DNA from: Callorhinchus milii
Lineage: Eukaryota
Length of the DNA stretch: 64,000 bases
Direction: 5' to 3'
NCBI RefSeq assembly: GCF_018977255.1
Contig: NW_024704743.1
Span: forward strand, 45,014,001-45,078,000
Below are positions 52,068-64,000 of the stretch, in pieces. The notes beneath the pieces were generated by a model. That model saw only the letters and a list, made by a program, of their open reading frames with translations, had not been told where the DNA came from and did no database searches. Positions within the stretch are counted from its first letter, which is position 1. Each line of letters starts with the position of its first letter. The translations under genes were made by a program, and so were the position numbers.

Positions 52068-53200
52068 GCAACAACAACAACTTGCATTTATATAGCACCC
52101 TTTATGCAGGGAGTGGCGGAATCTGACACCGAGCCAGGGGCAGAGGGAGAAGGGAAGTGACCATAAGCACGATCCAAAAGGAAGGTCTTTAGTCGGGATT
52201 TGAAAGTGGGAGGTAAGCAAATTGGATAGGTAGGGAGATGCAAGAGCATGAAGGAATTTGAAAACGAGTGACAGGATCTTGAAATCGATCCATTCGGTAA
52301 TTGGGAGCCAGTGGAGCCTGACAAGGACTGGTGTGATGGGGATACAGAGTATTGTGCAAGTTAGTATCTGGCCAGCGGAGTTTTGAATTAGTTGAATTTG
52401 TATATGGTGAAGTTGGTGAGCCCAATGAGGAGGGCATTGGAATAGTCCAGCTGGGAAGTGATGAAGGCGTGGACGAGGGGTTTAGCTGCTTTGGTTGTGA
52501 GGCATGGACGGAGGCGGCCAATGTGACAGAGGTGGAAAAAAGCAGTCCTGGTCAGAGAATGGATGGGGGTAGAAAGGAAAGCTGGGGATCGAACCTGATA
52601 CCTAAATTGCACATGGGTTCAGTGAGTCTGAGGGAGAGGCCAGGGTGGTTCAGGAGTTTAGACCCGCAGAAGGGAAGACATTAACGGGAGCTAAAGAGTA
52701 TGGCTTCCATCTTGCCGACATTCAGCTGCAGGAAATCTGCGCTCATCCATGCTTTAATGTCTATCAGACAAGGTGTCAGGACATCAGCAGACTGGGAGCC
52801 GTAGCTGGAGGGGGAGAAGTAGATTTGGGTGCCATCTACAAACATGTGGAAGTTGACCCATGTGTGCGGATGACATTGACGAAGGGAGCATGCAGATAAG
52901 GAAAAGAAGAGGGCCAAGGATGGAGCCTTGGAGTACTCCGCAGATGCCCGGACGGGGGCGGGAGGAAAATCCGAGGTGGATGAGGGAGGAGAGGTGTTAG
53001 AGGAGGATGGCTTAATCGACCTTGTTGAACATGGCGGAAAGGTCCAGGAGGACGAGGAGGCAGAGAGAGCCCTAGTCACAAAGAGAGAGTACATCATTTT
53101 GTTAAAATGACAAGCACTGTCTCTGTGCTGTGGGCAGGATGGACACTGGACTGGAGGGGTTTGAGTAGGGAGTGGAGGGAGAGATGTGAGTGAAGTCGAT
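52068..53200 (-). mobile_element. Decayed L2 LINE (second subfamily)
   Basis: KAWMSADFLQLNVGK and LVHAFITSQLDYSNALL fragments; (TTG)n tail at about 52070. Confidence 0.88.
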
Positions 53201-54312
53201 TCGGAATGATGTAATGACCAGTGGAGAATAAGATGCACTCACAGCCAGAGCTCAATTAATTTACCTTCAAAAGGAAAGAACAGGATAACCAGCTCCACAC
53301 ACAATATTACACTTTATTCAAAGTTTCACTGTAGTTACGATCCCCAACGTTGCTCTTAATTCTTTGCTGGTTGATTTATAAATATTTAAACTATTGTAGT
53401 TTATACAGTTTAAATATTTATATTTAATAGCACACATTTTAAAGCACACACTAAGTTTTCTTTTCATAAGTTAAAATGGATATTTAATCTGTTCACATAC
53501 AGTTTCATAAACTCATGATCCACATCATTACATTCTTGAATTAGACCTTGAATGGAATACATACCAATCCTTGTATATTGCTCAATATCCATGTTAAGAA
53601 ATGCAAAAGCCATTTAAAATGACCCACAAAAATATAACAAAACGTCAAGTAAGTAAACAGTAACAAAGAGAGAGAAATAGATTAAATTGAAAGATTGGTT
53701 GAAAGAGAAAAAAGGACAAGCAAGAGAAGTGAAGCTAGTACAGAATTAAGGAGCCAATATTTACACTTTCAGTACCAATGTTAGGGTCTAACAAACGATA
53801 ATTGGGAACCAAAATTAATGTAGCTATTTCACAAATCTCATAAACACCTCATGATGTTTGTGAACTGGAAGCTACAATTGACGTAATGAATCTGGTTATG
53901 ACTATTGGTGATAAACTGAATCTAGGATGGAAACTTTAAAATATTGAATCTCAATACGAAATACTGAGAAACGCAAACCCACAATTGCTATGCTGAACAG
54001 TGAGAGTAATTTCACCCATTAGTTTATCAATTTTGTTTTTGTTATAACTTTGTACAGTTCCCACAAGCTTTTCTATCATGCACTTGATTCCATTTACATC
54101 TTAGTTCTTGAAATAATCATCAGAGTGTTGTAAATATTTTATGGGGCTCTCTTAATTTTTTATTTCAAGTGTAATGAAAGTCCATCCATCATTACGTGCT
54201 TAGAAAGCTGTCACTCTGAAACTTAATATCCTCTGAGTCGTCTCAAAATACATCCACACCTTTGTATACAAAATACATGCAAATCGTTTGGCCATGAATT
54301 TTAAATTGATTA

Positions 54313-56915
54313 CAACAACAACAAAATTACATTTGTAAAGCGCCTTTCACATCAGGAAGACATCCCAAGGTGCTGAACAATCAGGGATCAAGACCTAAGG
54401 TGGGGGGCAGGGTTGGGATGAGGGAGGGCAGAGGCGGTAGGAGGGCAGCTGAAGGCATGGTTAAAAAGGAGGGTCTTAAGCCGTGCCTTGAAAGGAGGCA
54501 AGAAAGGGAGCAAGGTGAAGGCATTGTGGAATGGAGTTTCAAAGAGTGGGGGTAAAGAGGCAGAAAGCCCGGCCGCCGATGGTAGGGGGAGGGGGTCGGT
54601 CGGGAGACATGGAGAATGCCGAACGGAGGGAATGGACAGGTTGATAGTGGGTCAGCAGGTCAGAGATGGAGGAGGGGGCAAGACCGTGGAGGGCCTTGAA
54701 AGTGAGGACGAGGATTTTAAATTCTATCCTCTGAGAGATAGGGAGGCAGTGGAGCCGAACGAGGGTGGGGGTGATGGGGTCATGGAGTTTGGTGCGGGAG
54801 AGGACACGAGCTGCAGAGTTCTGGATGTTCTGCAGTTTGTGGAGGGAAAAGTTGGGGAGGCCGACAAGGCGAGTCGAGGCTTGTGGTGTCACAATGCGTA
54901 TATGAGGATTTTAGTGGCCTGAGGGATGAGGCAGTGGCGGAGTCGGGCAATGTTGTGGAGGTGGGGGAAGGCAGAGCGGGTCATGGCATGGATACGGGGG
55001 AGAAAGGACAGTTGAGGGTCGCACAAGATGCCCAGGTTCCTGACTGGCTTGGTGAGGTGGCGTGTGCATCCGTGGATGCTGATGCTGCCAGTGCCTGACA
55101 TGCTGAGGCGCTGACGGGAGCCAATCAGGAGGGCCTCAGTCTTGCTGACATTCAGCTGTAGAAAGTTGGCTCTCATCCAGGACTTGGTGTCTGACAGACA
55201 GTCTGCTGTCGTGGAATCGAGGGTGGAGGCAGACAGATAGAGTTGGGTATCATCTGCGTACATGTGGAAGTTGACCCCATGTCTGCAGATGATGTCACCA
55301 AGGGGGAGCATGTAGAGGTTGAAGAGGAGGGGACTAAGGATAGATCCCTGCGGAACACCACACAAGTCTGTGCGGGGGCTGGAAGAGAAATTGTTGGTGG
55401 AGACAAATTGGAGGCAATATGAGAGGTAAGACCTGAACCATTTCAAGAACAGAACCTTGAGGTGAGAGGAGGAGGATGGAGTGGTCCACAGTATCGAAGG
55501 CAGCAAAGAGATCGAGGAGGATGAGGAGGCAGAGGGAGGCTTGGTCACAGATGAACAAAATGTCGTTTGTCACCTTGACCAGGGCAATTTCTGTGCTCTG
55601 AACGTATCAGCATGGAAACCCGATTGGAGAAGCTCATGAAGGGAGTGGTAGGAGAGGAATGAGCAAAGCTGGGAAGCAACGACTCTTTCAAGGACATGCC
55701 AAACAAAAGGGAGGTTGGAGATGGGCTGGTAGTTAAAAAGTGGGGATGGGTCCAGGGAAAGGTTTTCAGGATGGGGGTGATTGTAGCTGTTTTTAGGGGG
55801 ATGGGAATGGTGCCAGGTGATAGGGAGAGATTGATGGTGCTGGAGAGTAGAGGGGCGAGGAGGTGGAGCTGGGAGGTAAGGAGAGGGGTGGGAATGGGGT
55901 CAAGGGAGCAGGTGGTGTGTTTCATGCTGGATATGGTGGTGATGAGAGAGGAGGAGGAGACAGGTTTGAAGATGTGGAGGAAGGGATGGGTATGGGCCGG
56001 AGTGTGGGGGGGAGTTGGGGAAGGAGTGGTGGTTGGGAGGGTGGAGACAGCTGACTGATTCCCCTCAATTTTGGACTCAAAAGAAATCCAGCATCTCCTC
56101 ACAGTCAGAGTTTGAGGAGAGAATGAGCGAGGGGTGGGAGGGTGGACGGAGGAGCCGGTTGGTGGTGGAGAATAGGAGCCTGGGGTTGTCCTTTGTCTCC
56201 AAGATTATCTTGGAGTAGAAGGATGATTTGCCGGAGGCGAGGGCGGAGTGGTAAGTTTTGATGTGGTCCAGCCAGATCTGCCGATGGACTGTTAGGTCAG
56301 ACTTTAGCCAGGTGCGTTCGGCAGCCCACACCTGACCCTTGGGGGAGTGGAGGTGGCTGCTGTCCCAGGGTGAGGTTGTGAACAGGAGGTGGTTCTGGAA
56401 GGTGAGGGGGGCAAGGGTATCAAAAGTAGTGTAGAGGAAGTTGTGGAGGAGAGTGAGTGAGGAGGATAAATCAGTACGGGAGGTAGGTCAGATGACTTCA
56501 GGGCAGCGGAGAGGGATTGCGGGGAGAGGTGGGTTTGGTGATGATGGGGAGGGGATTGAGGAGTTAAAGGAGATGAAATGGTGATCGAGATGGCTTTGTC
56601 TGTGATTATGATATTCGAGACACTGAGGCCCTGGGTAATCACCAGGTCGAGTGGGTGGCCATGAACATGGGTGGCAGAGTGGATGTGGAGTCCGAGGAAA
56701 TAGAGCATGAGGGCGTGAAGTGAAGGTTGAAGTCACCAAGGATGAGGAGGTGTTCAGAACAGAGGCAGAGGGAAGCTAGGAGGGTGGAGACGTCAGAGAT
56801 GAAGGTGGGGGAAGATTTGGGTTGGGGCTGTGGTAAATGAGGAGAATTTTGAGGGAAAGATTGGAAGGATGGTAAAGTGTAAGGTGCTTGAATGAGGGGA
56901 ATGGAGGTGGGTGAT
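54313..56915 (-). mobile_element. Decayed L2 LINE, same family as 42867-46353
   Basis: ORF fragments [39 protein letters not shown]...YADDTQLY and KLQNIQNSAARVL; (TTG)n tail at about 54313; many frameshifts. Confidence 0.92.
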
Positions 56916-57049
56916 CGGTATAACAAGCAGTATAGCAAGCTAAGAAAAATTCATGGCATTCTGAAATGTTTTTAATTTTATATTTGTTAATGTGAGTGTA
57001 CAATAGCAACACGTGGATTCAGGTGTCAGCCTGACTCAGGGATTGATAT

Positions 57050-57482
57050 CAGCCTGGCTCAGCAGTCTCATCTCTGAGTCAGTGATTGTGGAATCAAGCT
57101 CCATGTTGAGGCTTTACACTCACAGTCTAGGCTGACATTCCAGTACAGTGCGTGGGTGTGGGGCGGGCACCCGTGCATTGCTCAAGGTGCCATCCTTTGA
57201 ATTAGATATTAAACCAACTGACTGGTTTATATTAGACTGAATGTTGGATGTTAAAGATCTCATGCATTATTGAAAAGGTAAGGGAATTTCTCCCAGTGGC
57301 CTAGTCAACAATCCCCAGATAAAATTAAATCATTCATTTCATGGCTGTTTGTGAGACATTGCTGTGTGCAAATTGGCTGCAATGTTCACCAACAGCACTT
57401 TACTACAATTTCTGTGAAGCCCTTTGAGACATCCTCTTAGGATGAGAGGTGCTATATCAAATGCAAGGATTACTATTATTTA
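57050..57482 (+). mobile_element. Older Deu-domain SINE (SacSINE/AmnSINE-like)
   Basis: ctctgagtcag...ctaggctgacattccagtacag...ggtgccatcctttg...gatgttaaagatctcatg...gctgtgtgcaaattggctgc, then tail. Related copies at about 20065-20375(+), 21730-22130(-), 25995-26287(+), 30710-31040(-) and 58622-58930(-). Confidence 0.7.
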
Positions 57483-59329
57483 TGATTGGTTGTTCCCCTC
57501 CAGTGCTTGAGAGTGTAAATGTACAGGCATAAAAGTCACAGTCTGAGGCTGGCTGAGATGTTTTAATTCAGTTTACTCAAATAACTCAGAATAGTAAGAT
57601 TATGTTGCAATCCATTTTAGACACACAAGAGGTTAACATGTGTAGACCTGAAGGCAAAGCCCAAGGCTTCGGCCTTTTCTATTATAAATTCTGCTCCATG
57701 GTCCCAAATGCATCAAATTACATATAAGTACAGGATGAAAATAGCACCTCTAGGAAAAGCTTGGTGAATATTGCAAATTTAGAGTGAATAATATAATTTT
57801 TCTTACAGCCAAATCTATTGCATTTCCTCAGTGAATAGTATGGTAGAGAACACACATGCACTCAGACTGCATTAGATCTGTTATTTGTACAGGTTTAATG
57901 GAGTCACTAAGGCATGTATGTCATCATTGCGAACGAAGTATTATGACCTACTTTTCTTCCCTCCTATATAGCAGCAAATAAACTGCTTCTGCTCGGAGAG
58001 AGAATAAATTTCCGAGTCCGTGGAGACTGTCAGCACAAAAATAAATTTTGGTGGCATCTGCCTTGTTAATGCATTTTAAGCTCTTAGATCATATGGTGGA
58101 AAGTAAAAGGAAAAACACTGGAGATCTAATTATGATAGTTAATAATAAATAAAACCCCGACATGATATGATAAGTCTTTACTTTGCCGAAGGAGAACTTT
58201 GGCTTTGGACCCATCAAGAATAAAGGTTGGCCTAAAAATAAATTCTTCCTCATTTGCTCAATGCCACATACAGATGAATGGGTGTCCATTGGAACAGGAA
58301 ATCACAGGACACTGATTCATAATCCTTACAGTTGTCCAGCAAGTGATGTGATCTACATTTTTCTCTTTGCCTTCCTCGCCATATGAAATGCTTTGTTCTG
58401 ATTCGAACATCAATTTGATTTGATCTCTCATCATCATAAGTAGTTCTCTGGTACACTTCACATCTGGAAAAAAGTTCCTCAATTTTCACTGTTTGTCAAT
58501 AGTGCCCTGTATCTTCAAGATTAATTCCTCAGTGTAATAACTGGTTACCAGCTTTTACTGCTGCAGCTGCCCAATACTTTAATTTCAGCACAGATGTACC
58601 ACCCTTGCAATTATTTTAGCATTAATAATAATCCTTGCTTCATTCATTTGAAATGTCTCAAAACGCCTCGGAATTTTCTGTAAAGTGCAGTGACTGTATT
58701 TGCAGGCTAACATGGTAGCCAATTTGCACATGGCAATGTCCCACAAATAGTTACAAAATGAATGCCCATTATTTTATTTGGAGGATTGTTGGCTAGGACA
58801 CTGGGAGAAGCTACCTGCTCTTTTCAAATAACGCCATGAGATCTTTAGCATCCCCATGAGCCAGCAGACAGAACCTAGTTTAAAATCATCCGCTAGGCGG
58901 CACTGATGACAATGTAACTGGAATGTCAAGAATGATGTTTTGGTCAAGAATGATGTGCCTCAGTATGTGTTTTGGCACCAATCAAAGAAAGAGATTGCCC
59001 CCCGCCACCCCACCGCCCCACCCCTGGGAGAATAGATTGACCTTGTTGGTGTGAAGTTATGATCACACAATTCCATTTTGCAACATCACACTGCAGAGGT
59101 CAGTAAATCAGTGGAGAACAGTGCACAGTGGGGAGTAAGGTACACTAAGGTTGGCGTTTGCCTGGTTTTAAAATTTTTGCATCCTTTAGTTTAGTTTAGT
59201 TTAGTGACTGACCCTCGTGATAGTGTGTTGCATTTCTTCAGTGTGCATCCTATTCACTTGAAGAAGATTTACCATGGAAGATGTAAAAACTGGAGACCAA
59301 ACCTGTAAAGTAGAATGGTTTGACAAGAT

Positions 59330-60942
59330 AGAAACAGCCCTGGTCAAAGTGACAAATGACATTCTGTCCATCTGCAACCAGGGCTCCCTCTGCCTCCTCA
59401 TCCTCCTTGACCTCTCTGCTGCCTTTGACACCGTCAACCACTCTATCCACATTCGCCGCCTCTCCTCTCAGCTCAACCTTCACGGCGCTGTCCTTGTTTG
59501 GTTCAGATTGGACCTCTCACATCTTCTCCACTTCATCTCTACAAATGGTTTATCTTCTAGCCCCCGCACTATCTCGTGTGGTGTTCCTCAGGGCTCTGTC
59601 CTTGGTCCCCTCCTCTTCAATATCTACATGCTCCCTCTTGGTGACATCATCAGCAGACATGGGGTCAACTTCCACATGTATGCAGATGACACCCAACTCT
59701 ACCTCTCTGAGCCCACCCTTGACTCCAGGACCACTGCTGTCCTGACAGAATGTCTGTCAGACATCAAGTCCTGGATGAGAGCTCATTTTCTTCAGTTGAA
59801 CATCAACAAGACCGAGGCACTCACAGCATCACCATCTGTGGAGATGTGGAGTCCTGCAGCTCAATGGTTAGAGCACTCGCCTTGCAAGTGAGACACCTGG
59901 GTTCAATTCCAGGCAGGGCGAAACCTTGGGCAAGTTTCCTTACTCCACACGCCTAATAATAATCCCTCCAAAACAAAACAATAATAAATTGGTCATTTTC
60001 AATCCACGACTGTTTGTGGGACACTGCTGTGCGCAATTGGTTGCCATGTTTCGCCCACAAATATACGGTCAATTCACTTTACAGTATATTCTGTGAAGCG
60101 CTTTGAGACGTCGAGAAAACGTGAAAAGCGCTATATCAAATTCAAGGATTATTATTATAATTATTATCTATGGTTGCACACTCCACCTTACTAAGCCAGT
60201 CCAGAACCTTGGGTCTTGTTTGAGCCAAAACTATCCTTTCTACCCCACATCTGTACCATGACCCATTCTGTCTTCCCCCACCTCTGCAACATTGCCCGGC
60301 TCTGCCACTGTCTCACACCGCAGGCCGCCGAAACCCTCATACATGCTTTCATTATATTGAGTCTTGAACTATGCAAATTCCTTGCATGTCGGCCTCCCCA
60401 ACTCCTCCATCCATAGGCTGCAGATTATCTAGAACTCTGCAGCCTGTGTGCTCTCCCGCACCAGGCTCTGTGACCCTATCAACTCCATCCTCGCCCGATT
60501 CCACTGGCTTCCCATCACATACAGTTCAAGATCCTGGTCCTCACCTTCAAAGCCCTCCATGGTCTTGCTCCCTCCTACCCCTGCAACCTCCTAACCCCTA
60601 CTATCCTGCCCGCTCCCTCTGCTCATCGGTCTCCGTGCTCCTTCACATCCCCTGCGTTGCTTGCCCTACCATTGGTGGGTGGGCCTTCTGCTACTCTGCC
60701 CCCACCCTCTGGAACTCCATCCCATAGTCCCTCCACCTCGCCCCCTCCCTTGCCTCCTTCAAGACTCATCTCAAGACCCTCCTTTTCGACCGTGCTTTTG
60801 ATCATCCTGCTTCCCCCTCTGCCTTCACACTCCCCGATCATGACCCCCAACTCGGGTCCAAAACTCAGATTGTCCAGTGCCTTGGGATGCCCCCTTGATG
60901 TGAAAGGTGCTATACAAAGATATTTTTGTAGATGTTGTTGTA
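59330..60942 (+). mobile_element. 5'-truncated L2 LINE interrupted by a SINE
   Basis: [10 protein letters not shown]...[10 protein letters not shown]...YADD in ORF 59274-59891; resumes at about 60166 after the SINE; 3' tail cagtgccttgggatg...gtgaaaggtgctatac near 60875-60915. Confidence 0.92.
59848..60165 (+). mobile_element. SINE, short subfamily, inserted in an L2
   Basis: Full-length; imperfect TSD atctgtgg (59834-59841) / atctatgg (60166-60173). Confidence 0.92.
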
Positions 60943-63900
60943 GATGCTACATATTGTAGTTATACGTGAGAAATCAGAATTCTTTTCGCATTTCAATCAC
61001 AAGAAGAACTGAAACTCCCAGTGAGAAAGAGAATCAAGTCAGAATTGTAACTAATCTGGGAACCAAGTTACGTTTAGGGTGCATAATGGTGTCCACTGCT
61101 CCGTGCTCCACTAAAGAATTGCAAATCCTGGCCAATGCCATATCAAAGACTTCCTTGTTCTTGGGAATTTAGAGGCTATTTGCAGGCTATTTCATCCAGT
61201 AAAACAGCACTAACCAGTTCAGCTCTGAAGTAAATATCAGCCAATGAACTTCTGCATCATTTTTGGCATTGACTGATTTCTCTGCTGGTAGCAAGATACC
61301 AGCCAAAATTCCAGCCGAGAATGAAATGGCCTGAGAAGTAGAAACTAAAAGCGCTATATCAAATGCAAGGATTATTATTATTACTGATGTATCTCACCTC
61401 CTTCCTCCGTGGAGTTATGTGTGTCAATATCGATCTGCAATGAATCACTCCAGTGCAGAGTCAGCCTTTTCCAAGACAATCCATTGCGTGACAAATTACC
61501 ATCTCTGAAAAACTTCTTGCTGCAAGGTATTGAGTCACAAATGCAGGCGCAGATGTGCAATAAATCCTTTCAGAGGCTCCATTTGACGCTTGGCTCTTAA
61601 AAAGACCAGTACATTGATGGAAGGCTTGCTTCTGGAAACTAGTGGGTACTCCATCAGGATCCTAAAGAGCCTACACTTTGAAGGCCTACAATGAAAGCTT
61701 AAGAAGGTTTCTTCATTGTTGCCAAGGTAGAATTTATTTCTCTGCTTCAGGACGTGTGCTGAGTTACTCTTTGTTGTTACAATCATTGACGTCTTTGACG
61801 CAATACTTAGTTGAGATACACCGAATGGTATCCAGTTCATGGATCATCCTGGATCATTGACTCATCATGTGGTAACCTGCTGGTTCTTGTTTTCCCCCAA
61901 ATCCATGTCCAGTCGATTTAAACCTATAGGTTTATGTGATCTAATGATTGTCTACTACTTAAATATCAAATGTTCTGGTATATCTCCACATGAAGAGTAA
62001 TGGGTAAAATTCCATTGAGCAGTACATGCAGCTTGTTTGATGACATCAACCACTGTCAATGTGATCTTCTACTATATTTGTGCATCACTAAAGAGGTTAC
62101 ATGTAACACTCAATGGTATTTTTAGCCCTATTTTTACCCCATTCCTTGGTGGTTGATATATCTTATACATTTAACATTGGACTTTGGGGTTTAATTTGCG
62201 ATGTTCTCGTGTTCATTGTAACGTCTGGTTAGCAAAATTGAGGGCCTGTGAATCCTAAATCCCATATTAGCAAAGGCTGAAAATGGCTTTTTAACAACTT
62301 TGAATTCACAATTTTACAGGGATGATTTTCGAAAACCAAAAATTGAACTAACACAAGTGATGTATATAAGACCCTCCATCTGCGATTTTTGTAGGAAGCT
62401 CTTTCTGCATTTCATTTGTCTCAAAAGGTTCGCTTTTCTAAGGTACCCCAGCCAATACACTCTGGATAAATTACTATTTGCAGGTGTCTTTAAAGCCTAA
62501 GGGTTTTGTATACAGAGCCAATACTATTTGTTGATTCAGTTGATTACTACTGCTTTTGGTAACAAGACTTCAGAGAAAGCCATTACCAAGCACAAAATGG
62601 TAAAATAGGCAGAAAATGTATTTCTCGTGGTAGGTAGGGGTCCACCAACACCAAAGTTCATTCTGTTTATGCCATGCCTACTTCCTGAATCAGTATGGAA
62701 AAGATTTTTCTTGACCGCCGCAAACAGCTATGTTAAACAATCTGCATGGTTTCACACAGCTCAGGGTAATAAGAGTTTTGCTCTGAACTGACCTAAAAAT
62801 CAAGGCATGGAGTTATCCTCTTATGCTACTACTGCTATTATCTACTTGTACTTGTTTGGCAAAGTTCATTTACAAGTGAAGGTTGAATGAATGAATGTTA
62901 GGTTACCTGTCTTATAACTAGTATAACCTTTTGTTGTTTTGTTTGTGTTGTTGTTGTCCAAGTTGTTGTTTTGTGATGTACCAAAAGAATGAAGCAGACG
63001 ATAACAAAGGTTAAATATCTACCTATTTAATACATGTTAAAATATGTTCCTAAACATATAAAATATGAACATAAGAGTTTATTAGTGCAAAGCCTCATTA
63101 GAGCAAAGCCTATCTTGTTTGTAGAAGGCTTCTTTATGCTTCCTATACGCAGCGGCGGACTAGTGATATGGGAAATTGGGAAATTGCCCGAGCACCCCTG
63201 TAATTGGCTCCCAAACATCCCCCACAAATCGGGTCCCCTATTTTACATCACAATCCCGAGCCCTTTTGGAGAGCCAGTACGTCATTCACTGTATGTGACA
63301 ATAATATTTTACCTGATGGTGACTCTTTTATTTCACTATGTAGAATAAAAATAATAATAAGCATTACATTTGGTATAGCGTCTTTGATGTCAGGAGGACA
63401 TCCTAAAGCCTTCACAGGATATATTGCAAACTAATAATAATAGTTATAGTACTTGCATTTGATATAACGCTTACACATCATCGAGACAATATGATAAAAT
63501 GGATTGACTGTGTGTTTTGTGGTTGAAAGTATAGTGACTGTGTTTTGTGGTAAATTGACTGCACTAGTTAAACTATAATTTTTAGATAGACAAACTCCTA
63601 AACTGGATCTGCATTGCTTGAAGCTGTTGGAACTCCCAATGTAGTTGCAGACAATAAAATATGTTGTAAACACAAGAAGATTTTAGAAAGGATAGCGCCC
63701 TTCCCTTCAGTTAATTGGGGCAATGCTTCTTGTGTGGTAACAGCCGATGAGGAGATGGATGGTAGAAAGGTTAGAATTTAAGCTTTTAGGGTACTGAATT
63801 TCTACTGCGTTTCTTATGATCCAATATTGAAAAGATGTACTATGGTTCTAGAAGCTTTTTTCAATGCTTTTGAAGGCAAGATATAATAATTCTTATATTT

Positions 63901-64000
63901 GATACAGCACCTTTCATGTTGGGAGGAGTCTCAAAGTGCTTCACATGATATACTGTAAAGTGGAGTGACTGTGTACCTTGTGGATGAAATGAAAGATTTT

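Noticed and set aside
58100..58500. Minus-strand frames with HLYVALSK (PIF1/Helitron-like) and HFIWRG
   Set aside because: Single short motifs interrupted by stops, with no supporting neighbouring motifs.

Overview
Vertebrate genomic DNA, almost entirely intronic. The repeat content (tRNA-derived Deu-domain SINEs, L2 and CR1 LINEs) suggests a cartilaginous fish such as a chimaera, which is an inference. The window holds two + strand coding exons of a retinoic acid receptor, most likely RARB: 10077-10225 (B region and first zinc finger) and 49303-49444 (second zinc finger), separated by a 39,077-bp intron. The rest is dense with retroelements: a near-intact 3.5-kb L2-clade LINE (42867-46353, minus strand), many decayed L2 and CR1 fragments, two subfamilies of a tRNA-Ala-like SINE sharing the L2 3' tail, and a deleted hAT/Charlie DNA transposon. 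Three signals stand out. (1) A 785-bp TSD-flanked insertion (15366-16150) joins an L2 3' tail to an inverted GC-rich segment of unknown origin. (2) A motif of about 30 nt is shared by that segment, the L2 5' end and the SINE Deu core. (3) Perfect DR5 (1734-1750) and DR2 (37662-37675) retinoic acid response elements lie in the receptor's own locus. Most short ORFs in the track are spurious. All alignments were made by eye and repeat boundaries are approximate.
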